Both the position numbers and the translations under genes were made by a program. A model generated the notes under the pieces. It was given only the letters and a program-made list of their open reading frames with translations. It did no database searches and was not told the origin of the DNA. Of a stretch of 64,000 nucleotides of DNA, positions 17,580 to 27,544 are shown in pieces. The DNA comes from an uncultured delta proteobacterium (lineage in GTDB: Bacteria; Myxococcota_A; Polyangia; Palsa-1104), in assembly GCA_963785725.1 (NCBI GenBank), contig CAWAWS010000039.1, positions 704,001 through 768,000 on the forward strand. The letters run 5' to 3'. How positions within the stretch are numbered: the stretch's first letter is position 1; each line of letters opens with the position of its first letter.

Positions 17580-20213
17580 GTGGGTAACAAAGCCGATCAC
17601 ACCTGGCAGCTCGCGCCCGTCCGTCACGACGAGCCGCGCTGCGACGCTTACGACGACGAAGCGGCCGTGCGCGCCTTCGAGCGCGCCGTTCGGGTTCACC
17701 GCGCCCACACCGAGGCGATGACCCTCGCGCGCCGGTCGGCTCGCGTCGACGACACCTACCGCGTCGACGGCGCCAGCGGGCGGCGCCACCTCGTCGACAT
17801 CGTCGACGCGTCGGGCCAGCATGATGCCTGCACCTGTCCCGACTTTCTGACCAACGAGCTCGGCACCTGCAAGCACTTGGAGGCGGTGCGACGGCTCATT
17901 CGCCGCGATCGACGCCTGCACGCGCAGCTGGTCGCGCTCGGTCAGACGCCGGCTCAGCCGACGCTGACGGTCGACGCCACCGGCGTCGCACCGGCGCTGG
18001 CGATCGCCGGCCCGCGCGCGGCTCGCTTCGCGCGGGCGCTCGGCCTGACGCTCGAAGGCGGCGGACGCGTCAGCGCCGGTCGCGAACACGCGGCGCTGCC
18101 CGAAGTGTCGGACGGCCGCATCGTGCACGCCGCGGCGCCGGCGCTCGACCTCATTCGTCGCCGTCGCGCGCTGGCCGAGCGTCGCGACGAGGTGCTCGGC
18201 GCCGCGCGCGCAGGTCGCCTGCCCATCGACGTGCTGACGAAGCCGCTGTTTCCTTATCAGCAGGCGGGCGTCTTGCACCTGGCCGCCGGTGGACGCGCGC
18301 TGCTCGCCGACGACATGGGCCTCGGCAAGACGGTGCAGGCGATCGCGGCCTGCGAAGTCTTACGCGCGCGTGGGGAAATGCGCCGCGCGCTCATCGTGAC
18401 GCCGGCATCGCTCAAGAGCCAATGGGCGCGCGAGATCGAGCACTACACGGGAAGCCAGGCGCTCGTCGTCGGCGGCTCGTCGGCGCAGCGGCTGAGCACG
18501 TTCGCCTCCGATGCGCCTTACGTCATCATCAACTACGAGCTGACGTGGCGCGACCTCTCGCAGCTCGCCAGCCTGCAGCCGGACGTGCTGGTGCTCGATG
18601 AAGCGCAGCGCGCCAAGAACTTCCGCACCAAGACGGCCACGACACTGCGCTCGATCTCGTCGCGGTTCCTCTTCGTGCTCACCGGAACGCCGGTCGAGAA
18701 CCGCCTCGACGATCTGTACGCGCTGTTGCAGCTGATCGACGCGCGTGCGCTGGGCCCGTTGTGGAAGTTCAATCATCAGTTCCATCGCCAAAACGAGCGC
18801 GGCAAAGTCGTCGGCTACAAGCAGCTCGGCGAGCTACGCGGACGCATCGGCGCGCTCGTGATGCGGCGTCGCAAGGACGAGGTGCTGACGCAGCTGCCGC
18901 CTTTGACCGAGCAGACCCGCTACGTCGCGCTGTCGCCGGCGCAGATCGACCTCGAAGCGCACTTTCGCGGCGAGGCGGCCAAGCTCCTGGCGACGGCCGA
19001 GCGGCGTGCGCTGCGACCCGAGGAGCAGCAGCGGCTCATGGCCATGTTGCTCAAAGCGCGCCAGGCGTGTAACGCCGCCGAGCTCTGCGATCCCGAAGGC
19101 GCCGCCGACGAGTCGAGCCCCAAGCTGGACGAGCTCGAGCAGCTCATCGGCGAGATCGTGGAGCAGGGCGCGAGCAAGATCCTCGTCTTCTCGGAGTGGA
19201 CGGAGATGCTGCGCCTGGCCGCGCGCCGCCTCGAGAAGCTGGGGATCGGCTACGGCTTCTTGCACGGCGGCGTGCCGGTCCCGCATCGGCCGGCGCTGCT
19301 CGATCGTTTTCGCGAGGACGCCGAGCAGCGCGTCCTTTTGTCGACGGACGCGGGCGGTGTCGGCCTCAATCTGCAGGTCGCGTCCTACGTCATTCACCTC
19401 GATCTGCCGTGGAATCCGGGTCGACTCGACCAACGCACGGCGCGCGCGCATCGGCTCGGGCAAACCCGCGGCGTCTTGGTCACGTGCTTATGCAGCGAGC
19501 GCGGCATCGAGCGCGGCATCGAGGGGACGCTGGCGCAGAAGCGGGCGCTGCGCGGCGCCGCGCTCGACGGCGCGAGCGAGGTCGATGCCATGGACGCGCC
19601 GAGCTTCTCGCTGTTCGTGAAGCAGCTGCAGGCGACCTTGGTGCAGACGGAGTCGGGCGGCAGCGATCGCCCGCTCGACGCCGAGGCTACGGCGCCGTCG
19701 CCGCCGACGCCGCTGAATGCGGGCGCCGGGCGCGCCGAAGCCGGGCCGGCCGAAGCGGCCGCGCCGAGCCAAGGTGTCGCCGGCGGGTCGCCGCTCGTCG
19801 TCGTGGCGCCCGATCCAACGACGGCGCGGGGCCGGCTGCGCTTGGCGACGATCGTGCTCGACGCCGGCTTTCCCGGCGACGCGGTCAAGGCGGCCTACGA
19901 CTCGCTGGCGCGTGCCGCGCGCGCGCTGTTGCCGGCGGGTGCAGCCGACGGTCACGCGGCGCTCGTGGCCGCGATCTATCGCGATCTGGTTCCGGCCGGC
20001 CGGGTTCCGGCGGCTTTTCACGCGGTATTGGCGCGTTCGCATGATCTGGCGCAGCTCGAAGGACACGGCATCGAGGTCGAGCGTGAGCTGGCGGCCGAGG
20101 TCGTCGCCGAGGCCGGGCAATGGCTAGCGCGTCTGGAGCGCGAGCCCAACACGAGCAGCGCGCCCCCGCTTCGCGTGTCGGCCGCCGAGCCGCTCGCCGA
20201 GGGGCGGCGATGA
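17580..20213 (+). CDS. SWIM zinc finger-SNF2 family helicase with HEPN-like C-terminal domain
   Basis: CTCPDF...TCKH, LLADDMGLGKT, DEAQ, LTGTPVEN and QRTARAHRLGQ. Confidence 0.9.
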   Translation: MGNKADHTWQLAPVRHDEPRCDAYDDEAAVRAFERAVRVHRAHTEAMTLARRSARVDDTYRVDGASGRRHLVDIVDASGQHDACTCPDFLTNELGTCKHLEAVRRLIRRDRRLHAQLVALGQTPAQPTLTVDATGVAPALAIAGPRAARFARALGLTLEGGGRVSAGREHAALPEVSDGRIVHAAAPALDLIRRRRALAERRDEVLGAARAGRLPIDVLTKPLFPYQQAGVLHLAAGGRALLADDMGLGKTVQAIAACEVLRARGEMRRALIVTPASLKSQWAREIEHYTGSQALVVGGSSAQRLSTFASDAPYVIINYELTWRDLSQLASLQPDVLVLDEAQRAKNFRTKTATTLRSISSRFLFVLTGTPVENRLDDLYALLQLIDARALGPLWKFNHQFHRQNERGKVVGYKQLGELRGRIGALVMRRRKDEVLTQLPPLTEQTRYVALSPAQIDLEAHFRGEAAKLLATAERRALRPEEQQRLMAMLLKARQACNAAELCDPEGAADESSPKLDELEQLIGEIVEQGASKILVFSEWTEMLRLAARRLEKLGIGYGFLHGGVPVPHRPALLDRFREDAEQRVLLSTDAGGVGLNLQVASYVIHLDLPWNPGRLDQRTARAHRLGQTRGVLVTCLCSERGIERGIEGTLAQKRALRGAALDGASEVDAMDAPSFSLFVKQLQATLVQTESGGSDRPLDAEATAPSPPTPLNAGAGRAEAGPAEAAAPSQGVAGGSPLVVVAPDPTTARGRLRLATIVLDAGFPGDAVKAAYDSLARAARALLPAGAADGHAALVAAIYRDLVPAGRVPAAFHAVLARSHDLAQLEGHGIEVERELAAEVVAEAGQWLARLEREPNTSSAPPLRVSAAEPLAEGRR

Positions 20214-21160
20214 AGCGACCGAAGCGTCCGCCGCCGCCCAAGCCCACGCCGTCACGAGCCGCGACGGCGAAGACCCCAGCGGCGCAGCCGCCAACGGCGA
20301 AGGCGGCGAAGAAGCGAGCCGCGAAGAGGCCCGTGGCCGCGCGCGTGAAGCAGCCGGTGGCCACGCGGGCGAAGCAGCGAGCGGCGCAATCCGGCGCGGC
20401 GGCGCGCGGCCGTCGGTCGGCGGCGCCCGTCGACGAGCCCGAATTCCGCGCGCAACAGCTGATCTTCGATGCCTGGGAAACGCCGGATGCGGACCAGCGC
20501 GCCGAGCTCGCGCGCGAGGCGATCGGTCTGTGGCCCGACTGCGCCGACGCCTATGGCCTGCTCGCGGCCGAATCGACGGAGCTTGGCGAGAAGATCGCCT
20601 TCTTTCATCAGGCGGTCGAGGCCGGCGCTCGCGCCATCGGCGAGCGTGCCTTCGTCGAAGAGGCTGGCATGTTTTGGGGCGTCTTGGAGACGCGCCCGTA
20701 TATGCGCGCCCGCGCCGGCTTGGCCGGCTGCCTGCGCGAGCGCGGCGATTCGGCGGCGGCCGCCGACCACTACCAGGCCTTGCTGCAGCTCAACCCCGAC
20801 GATAACCAGGGCCTACGCTATCTGCTCGCGTCGTGCCTGCTCGAGATCGAGCGTCACGATGCGCTGTCGGCGCTGCTCGCGCGCTATCGCGACGAGGCGT
20901 CGGCCGCGTGGGCGTATACGCGCGCGCTGCTCGGCTTTCGTCTACTGGGCGACTCCGCGCGCACCCAGCGCGCGCTGCGCGACGCGGTGGCCGTCAACCG
21001 GCACGTGCCGGCGCTGCTGCTGGCGAAGAAGCGGCCGCGCCATCTGCCCGATTGGGTCGGCTTCGGCGACGAGAACGAGGCGCTCGTGTACGTCGACGAC
21101 AGCTTGCGCGCGTGGATGCGGACCGCGGGCGCGCTCGAGTGGCTGCGGCGACGGGCCTGA
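20210..21160 (+). CDS. TPR-like (ST7-like) protein with Lys/Ala/Pro-rich N-terminus
   Basis: FWGVLETRPYMRAR and LNPDDNQGLRY; ATGA overlap with the SNF2 gene. Confidence 0.75.
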   Translation: MKRPKRPPPPKPTPSRAATAKTPAAQPPTAKAAKKRAAKRPVAARVKQPVATRAKQRAAQSGAAARGRRSAAPVDEPEFRAQQLIFDAWETPDADQRAELAREAIGLWPDCADAYGLLAAESTELGEKIAFFHQAVEAGARAIGERAFVEEAGMFWGVLETRPYMRARAGLAGCLRERGDSAAAADHYQALLQLNPDDNQGLRYLLASCLLEIERHDALSALLARYRDEASAAWAYTRALLGFRLLGDSARTQRALRDAVAVNRHVPALLLAKKRPRHLPDWVGFGDENEALVYVDDSLRAWMRTAGALEWLRRRA

Positions 21161-21288
21161 CGCTCGGCGTGTGCGCGCGTCGTCGTGGTGCCGGCCACCG
21201 CGCGTGAAGATCGTGCCTAGCCGGCGCCCGCTTCGTGCACATAATCGTTCGGCTGTCGGCGGCTCGCCGCGGCACACAGGAGAACAGG

Positions 21289-21513
21289 ATGGCCAACCAG
21301 ACCTGGTCGAAGGACATCGACGACCGGCACTACGACCTCGAGCTCAAAGACGGCTACGCGACCGTCAGCAGCGTCGCGCCGCCGGAATACCACACGATGC
21401 AGTCGGCGCGCTGCACGCTGGCGGAGTTCGTCGCCGGGCAGATCAGCTCCGACGTGCGCCAGATCTTCGGCGACGGCGTGCTCGCCGAGGCGCTCTCCGT
21501 CGCCAAAGGCTGA
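21289..21513 (+). CDS. Small hypothetical protein (74 aa)
   Basis: AGGAG RBS; coding-like codon usage. Confidence 0.6.
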   Translation: MANQTWSKDIDDRHYDLELKDGYATVSSVAPPEYHTMQSARCTLAEFVAGQISSDVRQIFGDGVLAEALSVAKG

Positions 21514-21555
21514 AGTCGCCGGAGCGCGCGGCGCGTCGTGCTCGTCGTGACCTGA

Positions 21556-22320
21556 TTACGGCGTGAGGCCGAGCGCCGGCGCGTAGCGCAGCCAGCGGTC
21601 GGCGCCGCTCTCGCGCGGCGGCGGCGTCAGCCCCATCGCGACGAGCTGCCGCCGATGTTCGTCGAATTCCGCCAGCTGCCGCTGCAACCCGGCGCCGACG
21701 TGCGCGCACACCGCCGCCGACGCCTCCTGCCCAATCCGCCGCATCGTCGCCGCCTGCGTCGGCTCGTCGGCGAGCGCCACCAGCTCGAACGTGAAGCGCC
21801 GCACGTCGTCGTCGTTCATGCGCGCCGCCGCCGGCGCCACCAGATCGAGCGCGGCGTTCGCGTCGCCGATGAGCGCGATCGCCAGCGACAGCGGCCAGCC
21901 GTCCTCGCGCCGGTCGATCGCGCGCAGCGTCGCCAGCGCGTCGGGCGGCAGCGGCTCGGCCAAGCTCGACGTCACCGACAGCGCCTCCACCGCCGGCCGC
22001 AAGAGCGTGCGATCGCCGTCCTGCAGCTGCGCCAGCGTCGGCGCGACGGCCGCCAGCACGCGCGCCACGGCCGAGCCCAGCTGCGGGCCGGCGGCGGCCA
22101 GCGTCGCCAGCTTCAAGAGGCGCTCGCAGACGAGATAATCGCCCTCGCGCAGCAGCTCACCGATGGCGAACGGCAGCCGCGAATCCTGCTCGACGAGCGG
22201 CACCAGCCACTGCAGCGCCACCTGATCGCCGACGTCGCCGCGCGGCTGCTCGAACGGCTCCTTGGCTTCGGCGCGCAGCCAATCGATGAGCGGCCCTTTG
22301 GCGGGCATCGGCGTTCGCAT
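21556..22320 (-). CDS. Hypothetical helical protein, candidate immunity protein
   Basis: Starts 12 nt downstream of the DUF4157 gene on the same strand. Confidence 0.6.
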   Translation of the reverse strand: MRTPMPAKGPLIDWLRAEAKEPFEQPRGDVGDQVALQWLVPLVEQDSRLPFAIGELLREGDYLVCERLLKLATLAAAGPQLGSAVARVLAAVAPTLAQLQDGDRTLLRPAVEALSVTSSLAEPLPPDALATLRAIDRREDGWPLSLAIALIGDANAALDLVAPAAARMNDDDVRRFTFELVALADEPTQAATMRRIGQEASAAVCAHVGAGLQRQLAEFDEHRRQLVAMGLTPPPRESGADRWLRYAPALGLTP

Positions 22321-22332
22321 CGCTTAGCCTAA

Positions 22333-24504
22333 CTAGCCTTTGGCGGTCTTCGGCGTCGTCGCGGTGCCGGTCGTCGTGCCGGTTGCCGCGGTCGCCGCAG
22401 CGCCGGGCGGCGCGCTTCCCGGCGTGGCCGCGGTCGCGGTCGCGGTCGTCGTCGTCGTGGCTGCCGGCGCGCCGGCGACGGGAGGCTTCTTGTCCGACGG
22501 CGCCGTAATCTCGCCCGGCGCACGCGTCGGCGACGGTGCCCCGCGCTCGTTGTTCGTCGACGTCTTGATGGCGGCGAGCATCTCCTTGATCTTGTCGCCC
22601 ATCGGGATGGTCATCCCGCCGCGCAGGTACATGTCCGTCAAGTTCGGAATCATGCCCTCGAGCGCCTGCTTCGCCTTCGGATCGGTCTCCTTGTCGATGC
22701 GCGCTTTGAGCTCGGGATCCTGCTTGAGCGCCTCGTCGCGCGCCTTCTGGATCGCGTTGCGAATCTCCGTCTCGGTGTCGGCCGTGGGAATGACCGCCTT
22801 GGCGTTCTTGACCGCGGAGACCGGCACTTTGCCGGCGAGGAACTCGTTGGCGCCGCCGCCGGTGACGCCGTACGCCTCGCCCGTCGGCCGCGAGACCCAC
22901 AGCGAAGACTGCATGCCGTCGTAAGCCGTCGGACGACGCGCCTCCATCGTGCCCGCGGCCTTGGTCACGTCGACCTCGAACACGATGTTACCGTCGGGGA
23001 ACCACTCCGGCTGCAGCGCCGCCAGCTCCAAGAGCTGCCCATAGCCCGCGTCGCTGGCGTTCTTGAGCTTGTAGGAATCGGGCGTAAACCACGTGCCCTT
23101 GTCGGGCATGATCGTGCCGCTGCCCTGATGCAGCAGCGGAGTGCCTTTCTTGGCGTCGTTCTTCCACAGATCGTAGGCGACCTGATCGACGTTGGGCATT
23201 CCCGCCGCCAGCGCCTTGTACGCGCCCTGATCGACCGCCGTATACCAAAAGCCCTTGAGCCCTTGCGTACGCTGCAACGCGTTGGGCAGCTTGCCGACGT
23301 CGAGCTTCTTGCCCTTGAAGCGCCAGTCCGCCGCCAGCGTATTCATGCACTGGTTGTAGATGGTCTTCGGATTGACGGTCTCGGCGTTCGACTGAATCCA
23401 CGTCGCCAGCTTGCCGTAAAAGGCCGCGCGCGCCGCCGCATGCCCGCCGTCTTCCATGTTCACTTCGGCTTTGACGTCGGCCAGCTTCTGCGTCGCCACC
23501 GGATCGGCCGCGCAGAACGCGTCGACGTCCGCTTCGCTCTTACACGCCTTGGCTTTTTCGATCTGCGCTTGCTTGGGATCGGCCGGCGCCGCGCCCGCCG
23601 GACCTTTGGCCGCCGGCGCCGCACCGGCCGGAGCGGCCGCCGCCGGACCTTTGGCTGGCGCGCGATGAATGCGCGTGCCGGCGCCGTAAAATTTGGCCGC
23701 GATCGCTGCCGGCTGGGCCGACGGCTTGGCCGCGCCCGCAGCGGCACCGGCCGCGTGAGCCGCGCCCGCGCCACCTTTGTGCTCGCCACCGGCGCCGCCT
23801 TTGTGCTCGCCGCCGGCCGCGTCGCCACCGGCTTTGTCGCCGCCAGCCGCGCCACCATCCGCTGCGCCGGCTTTGTCGCCGCCCTTTTTGTCGCCGTGCA
23901 GATCGCCGGCGACTTTCTCCGACACCGCGTCGGCCTCGACTTCAGCCGGCTCGTCGGGATTCGAGACTTCGCCGGCGCCGTGCGCGTGCTCGCCCTCGGC
24001 GCCTTCGCCGCCGGCCTCGGGCTTGCGCTGAATGCCCGACTTCTGCCCTTGCACGACGTGCGTCAGCTCGTGCGCGAGCAGCTTGTCGCCCTCTTTCGAG
24101 CCGGGCGCGAACTCGCCGCTGTTGAAGTGCACGTCGTTGCCGACGGTGAATGCGCGCGCGCCGAGCTGCCCGGCCGCCTCCGCCGAAGACCCCGACGTAT
24201 GCACGCGCACGCCCGACAGATCGGCGCCGAGTCGCGGCTCCATGCGCGCGCGCACGCCCTCGGGCAGCGACGAGCCGGCGGCTTGCGGAATCTTGGCCTC
24301 ACCGGCCGCGCCGCTGGCTTTGCGCATCGCCGCCAGTCGCCGATCCAAGCTGGCCGCGACCTCTTGCCGCTCGGCGTTCACGGCGTCCATGCGCGACGCG
24401 CCGAACAGGCCCGTTTTACGCGGGAGCAGCGACGGCTGTGGATCGGCCGTGGTGCTCGACTGTCCTGCTTCCGGCGGCTTGTTCGCGCGTCCGCTGTCGC
24501 TCAT
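22333..24504 (-). CDS. DUF4157 (eCIS-core) domain protein with unknown toxin-like C-terminal domain
   Basis: RMEPRLGADLSGVRVHT...ARAFTVG...LLAHELTHVVQ, EVEADAV, Gly/Ala linker and C-terminal GVTGGGANE. Confidence 0.85.
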   Translation of the reverse strand: MSDSGRANKPPEAGQSSTTADPQPSLLPRKTGLFGASRMDAVNAERQEVAASLDRRLAAMRKASGAAGEAKIPQAAGSSLPEGVRARMEPRLGADLSGVRVHTSGSSAEAAGQLGARAFTVGNDVHFNSGEFAPGSKEGDKLLAHELTHVVQGQKSGIQRKPEAGGEGAEGEHAHGAGEVSNPDEPAEVEADAVSEKVAGDLHGDKKGGDKAGAADGGAAGGDKAGGDAAGGEHKGGAGGEHKGGAGAAHAAGAAAGAAKPSAQPAAIAAKFYGAGTRIHRAPAKGPAAAAPAGAAPAAKGPAGAAPADPKQAQIEKAKACKSEADVDAFCAADPVATQKLADVKAEVNMEDGGHAAARAAFYGKLATWIQSNAETVNPKTIYNQCMNTLAADWRFKGKKLDVGKLPNALQRTQGLKGFWYTAVDQGAYKALAAGMPNVDQVAYDLWKNDAKKGTPLLHQGSGTIMPDKGTWFTPDSYKLKNASDAGYGQLLELAALQPEWFPDGNIVFEVDVTKAAGTMEARRPTAYDGMQSSLWVSRPTGEAYGVTGGGANEFLAGKVPVSAVKNAKAVIPTADTETEIRNAIQKARDEALKQDPELKARIDKETDPKAKQALEGMIPNLTDMYLRGGMTIPMGDKIKEMLAAIKTSTNNERGAPSPTRAPGEITAPSDKKPPVAGAPAATTTTTATATAATPGSAPPGAAATAATGTTTGTATTPKTAKG

Positions 24505-24741
24505 TCCCCGACCCCCGAGTACGAACTATTACAAATTATCACTAGAGTTATCGGCGGAACGTTCGAAAAGTTGCTTCCTATTTGGCGCTGCCGCTCGCTG
24601 TGATCTCGGTTTCAGCGCGCGGCCGTGTCGCGCCACGGCCGTGGCCGAACGCGCGATAGATTCGTGAGCTATTACGATGGCTTGCTTGGGTGTCGCGGAG
24701 GCTGTCGAGCGGCGGTGACGAGCGCCGCCGGAGCGGCGTGG

Positions 24742-25437
24742 CTAGATGCCGACGCTGCCGATCTGCTCGTAGGCCGAGCGCAGCCAGATCTTGACGCGCT
24801 GACGCTCGAGGAGGCTGAGGCTCTTGGTGTCGCTGTCGCTCTTGTGCTTGGCGGCCCAGAAGCTGGTGCTGGCGGCGTCGATCTTGGCGATGACGACCTC
24901 GTGCAGCCGCTTGAGCACGATGATCTTGGCGCCCAGCTCGAGCGCGCGTTCGCGCAGACCCGAGTCCTCGAAGACGTCGAAGTTGTCGCCGCGCAGCTGG
25001 TTGAGGACGATCGTGTATTGCAGGCGCGCGCCGAAGCGATCGAACAGCTTCTTCAGCAGCTCCACCGAATCGCGACCCGAGTCCATGACGTGCCAGTAAC
25101 GGACGGTGAAGTCGTGGTCGCCGGCGAGCTCGAGCACGCCCGAGTCGTCCATCCAGCGCGCCAGCGCGTCCTGTGTCTGCGCGGCCAGGTCGACGAGGAT
25201 GCGCTTGTCGCGATCGGCGGTCGCGGCTTCGACGATCGCGTCCAAGCTCTCGTAGCGATCGACCACGATCGGCGAGGCGTAGTCGGCGTAGAAGCGCAGC
25301 AAGGAGCCGTGCGAGCGATCGGTGTCGAAGCCCAAGAACGGAATGCTCTCGTCGATGAGGTACTGCGCGACGACCCGCGCCATGACCGACTTGCCGACTC
25401 CGCCCTTCTCGCCGCCGATGAGATGAATGTGGCCCAT
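24742..25437 (-). CDS. ParA/MinD-like P-loop NTPase ('mobilization protein'-type)
   Basis: Deviant Walker A GGEKGGVGKS, FDTDRSH and LVDLAAQ. Confidence 0.75.
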   Translation of the reverse strand: MGHIHLIGGEKGGVGKSVMARVVAQYLIDESIPFLGFDTDRSHGSLLRFYADYASPIVVDRYESLDAIVEAATADRDKRILVDLAAQTQDALARWMDDSGVLELAGDHDFTVRYWHVMDSGRDSVELLKKLFDRFGARLQYTIVLNQLRGDNFDVFEDSGLRERALELGAKIIVLKRLHEVVIAKIDAASTSFWAAKHKSDSDTKSLSLLERQRVKIWLRSAYEQIGSVGI

Positions 25438-25579
25438 GTGCGGCACATTTAGGGGGCAGGCCGAGAAAAAACGCTAGGAAAAGCTGCGCGCTGTTGCCGA
25501 GAATTCGCCGGAAGTTTCAAGCGTGTATCGCGATGATTCGGCGCCGCGCCGTCGACCCGATGCAGTCGCGCCCGCGAAG

Positions 25580-26476
25580 TCAGCGCGTCAGCGCGACGAC
25601 GAACTCGAGGAAGGCGCGCAGCTTGGCCGAGTCGCGCTGCGGCGCGTGGTACGCGTACAGCGGATAGGTCTCGTCGGACCATTCGGGCAACACTTGCACG
25701 AGCCGGCCGTCGGCGAGCAGCGTGCGCGCATAAGGCTCGATGAGCTGCGTCACGCCCTGTCCGCCGAGGCAGGCGGCGAGCAGCGAGCCGGAGTCGCTCA
25801 CCTGCAAGCGGCCGGCGGCGTTGACCGCGACCACCTTCTTGCCGCGCACGAACTCCCAGGCGAAGGCGCTGCCCGTCGCCGGATTGCGCATGAGGACGCA
25901 CTCGTGCTGCTCGATGTCGCGCGGCTTGCGCGGCGTTCCATGGCGCGCGAGGTAGTCGGGCGCGGCGCAGGTGATGATGCGCGTGCGCAAGAGCAGCCGC
26001 GCCTTGAGCGACGACGGCTCGGGGAAGCCGAAGCGGACGGCGGCGTCAAAGCCGTCGCTGACGAGGTCGCCCAGCCGATCGCGGACCGCAATGTCGACGA
26101 ACAGCTGCGGATGGCGCGCCAAGAACGGCTGAATGCGCGGCGTGAGCACGAACTGCCCGATGCCGGCGTCGACGTTGACGCGCAGCCGGCCGCGAATCTG
26201 CGTCGACGCGTCGGCGGCCTCGCTGGTGGCGTCGGCGATCGCGGCCAGGTGCGGCGCGATGGCGGTGTAGAAGCGGCGGCCTTCGTCGGTGAGCACGATG
26301 GCGCGGACGGTGCGATGGAAGATGCGCACGCCGACGCGCTCCTCGAGGCGGGCGATGGCGCGGCTGACGGCCGATTGCGTGAGCCCGAGCGCCTCGCCGG
26401 CGCGCACGAAGCTGCCGGCCTCGACGACGGCGCCGAGGAGCGCGAGGCCTTCCAACGACCGCCTGTCAACGCTCAT
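25580..26476 (-). CDS. LysR family transcriptional regulator
   Basis: GSFVRAGEALGLTQSAVSRAIARLE and FDAAVRFG. Confidence 0.92.
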   Translation of the reverse strand: MSVDRRSLEGLALLGAVVEAGSFVRAGEALGLTQSAVSRAIARLEERVGVRIFHRTVRAIVLTDEGRRFYTAIAPHLAAIADATSEAADASTQIRGRLRVNVDAGIGQFVLTPRIQPFLARHPQLFVDIAVRDRLGDLVSDGFDAAVRFGFPEPSSLKARLLLRTRIITCAAPDYLARHGTPRKPRDIEQHECVLMRNPATGSAFAWEFVRGKKVVAVNAAGRLQVSDSGSLLAACLGGQGVTQLIEPYARTLLADGRLVQVLPEWSDETYPLYAYHAPQRDSAKLRAFLEFVVALTR

Positions 26477-26584
26477 GAGACCTACTTTCATGCATGTCGA
26501 GGCTTCCGAGTATGCACGTGCGGCAGTCTCGGCGAGGCGGCAATCTCACCTACCACTAGTCCAACCGAGCGAGGCTGAATACGC

Positions 26585-27469
26585 ATGATCGTCGTCACCG
26601 CACCCACCAGCAACATCGGCCGCCAGGTCCTCGAGAATGTTTTGCGCGGCAACGAAGCCGTCCGCGTCATCGCGCGCGATCCGGCGCGCTTGCCGGCGGC
26701 GACGCGGGCGCGCGTCGAGGTCGTGACCGGCTCGCACGGCGACGCCGACGTCGTCGAGCGCGCGTTCGCCGGCGCGCAGTCGGTCTTCTGGCTGGTGCCG
26801 CCGAATCTGCGCGCGCCCAGCGTTTTGGCCGCGTATGTCGACTTCACGCGACCGGCGTGCGCCGCTTGGCGCCGCCACGGCGTCGCGCGCGTCGTCGGCG
26901 TGTCGGCGCTCGGGCGCGGCGTGGTCGAGCGCGCCGGGCTCGTCAGCGCGGCCTTGGCGATGGATGATCTCATCGCCGGCAGCGGCGTCGCTTATCGCGC
27001 GCTGACCCTGCCGTCGTTCATGGAGAATATCCTGCGCCAGGTGGAGCCGATTCGCAGTCGCGGGCTGTTCTTCGGGCCGATCGCCAGCCAGCTGAAGGCG
27101 CCGACCTGCGCCACGCGCGACATCGCCGCGGTCGCCGCCAAGCTGCTGCTCGATCACACGTGGAGCGGCAACGGCAGCGCGCCCGTGCTCGGGCCCGAGG
27201 ATCTGTCGTTCGACGAGATGGCGCAGATCATGTCGGAGGTGCTCGGCAAGACGGTGCGCTACGAGCAGCTCTCGAGCGCGGCGTTCGCGGCGCGGCTCGG
27301 CGAGCAGGGCGCCTCGCCGGCGATGATCGCGGGCATGGTCGACATGATGACGGCCAAGAACGCCGGGCTCGACAACGCCGAGCCGCGCACCCGCGAAAAC
27401 ACGACGCCGACGAGCTTCCGGCAGTGGTGCACGGAGATCCTGAAGCCGGCCGTCGCCCTGAATCTTTAA
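26585..27469 (+). CDS. NmrA-like NAD(P)H-binding protein
   Basis: IVVTAPTSNIG, ATRDIA and GPEDLS. Confidence 0.88.
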   Translation: MIVVTAPTSNIGRQVLENVLRGNEAVRVIARDPARLPAATRARVEVVTGSHGDADVVERAFAGAQSVFWLVPPNLRAPSVLAAYVDFTRPACAAWRRHGVARVVGVSALGRGVVERAGLVSAALAMDDLIAGSGVAYRALTLPSFMENILRQVEPIRSRGLFFGPIASQLKAPTCATRDIAAVAAKLLLDHTWSGNGSAPVLGPEDLSFDEMAQIMSEVLGKTVRYEQLSSAAFAARLGEQGASPAMIAGMVDMMTAKNAGLDNAEPRTRENTTPTSFRQWCTEILKPAVALNL

Positions 27470-27485
27470 CCAACCACGCTAAATA

Positions 27486-27501
27486 TTAACCAATGGGTTA
27501 A
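27486..27501. promoter_or_regulatory. Palindromic operator-like site
   Basis: TTAACC-AATG-GGTTAA in an AT-rich spacer upstream of the SDR gene. Confidence 0.45.
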
Positions 27502-27544
27502 GTGGTTGCGATGCGCCGGTCAATGAACGAATAGGAGACGAGAG

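Noticed and set aside
23765..23890. Short tandem repeats (GGEHKGGA twice, GGDKAG repeats)
   Set aside because: Coding low-complexity linker of the DUF4157 protein, not a CRISPR array or mobile repeat
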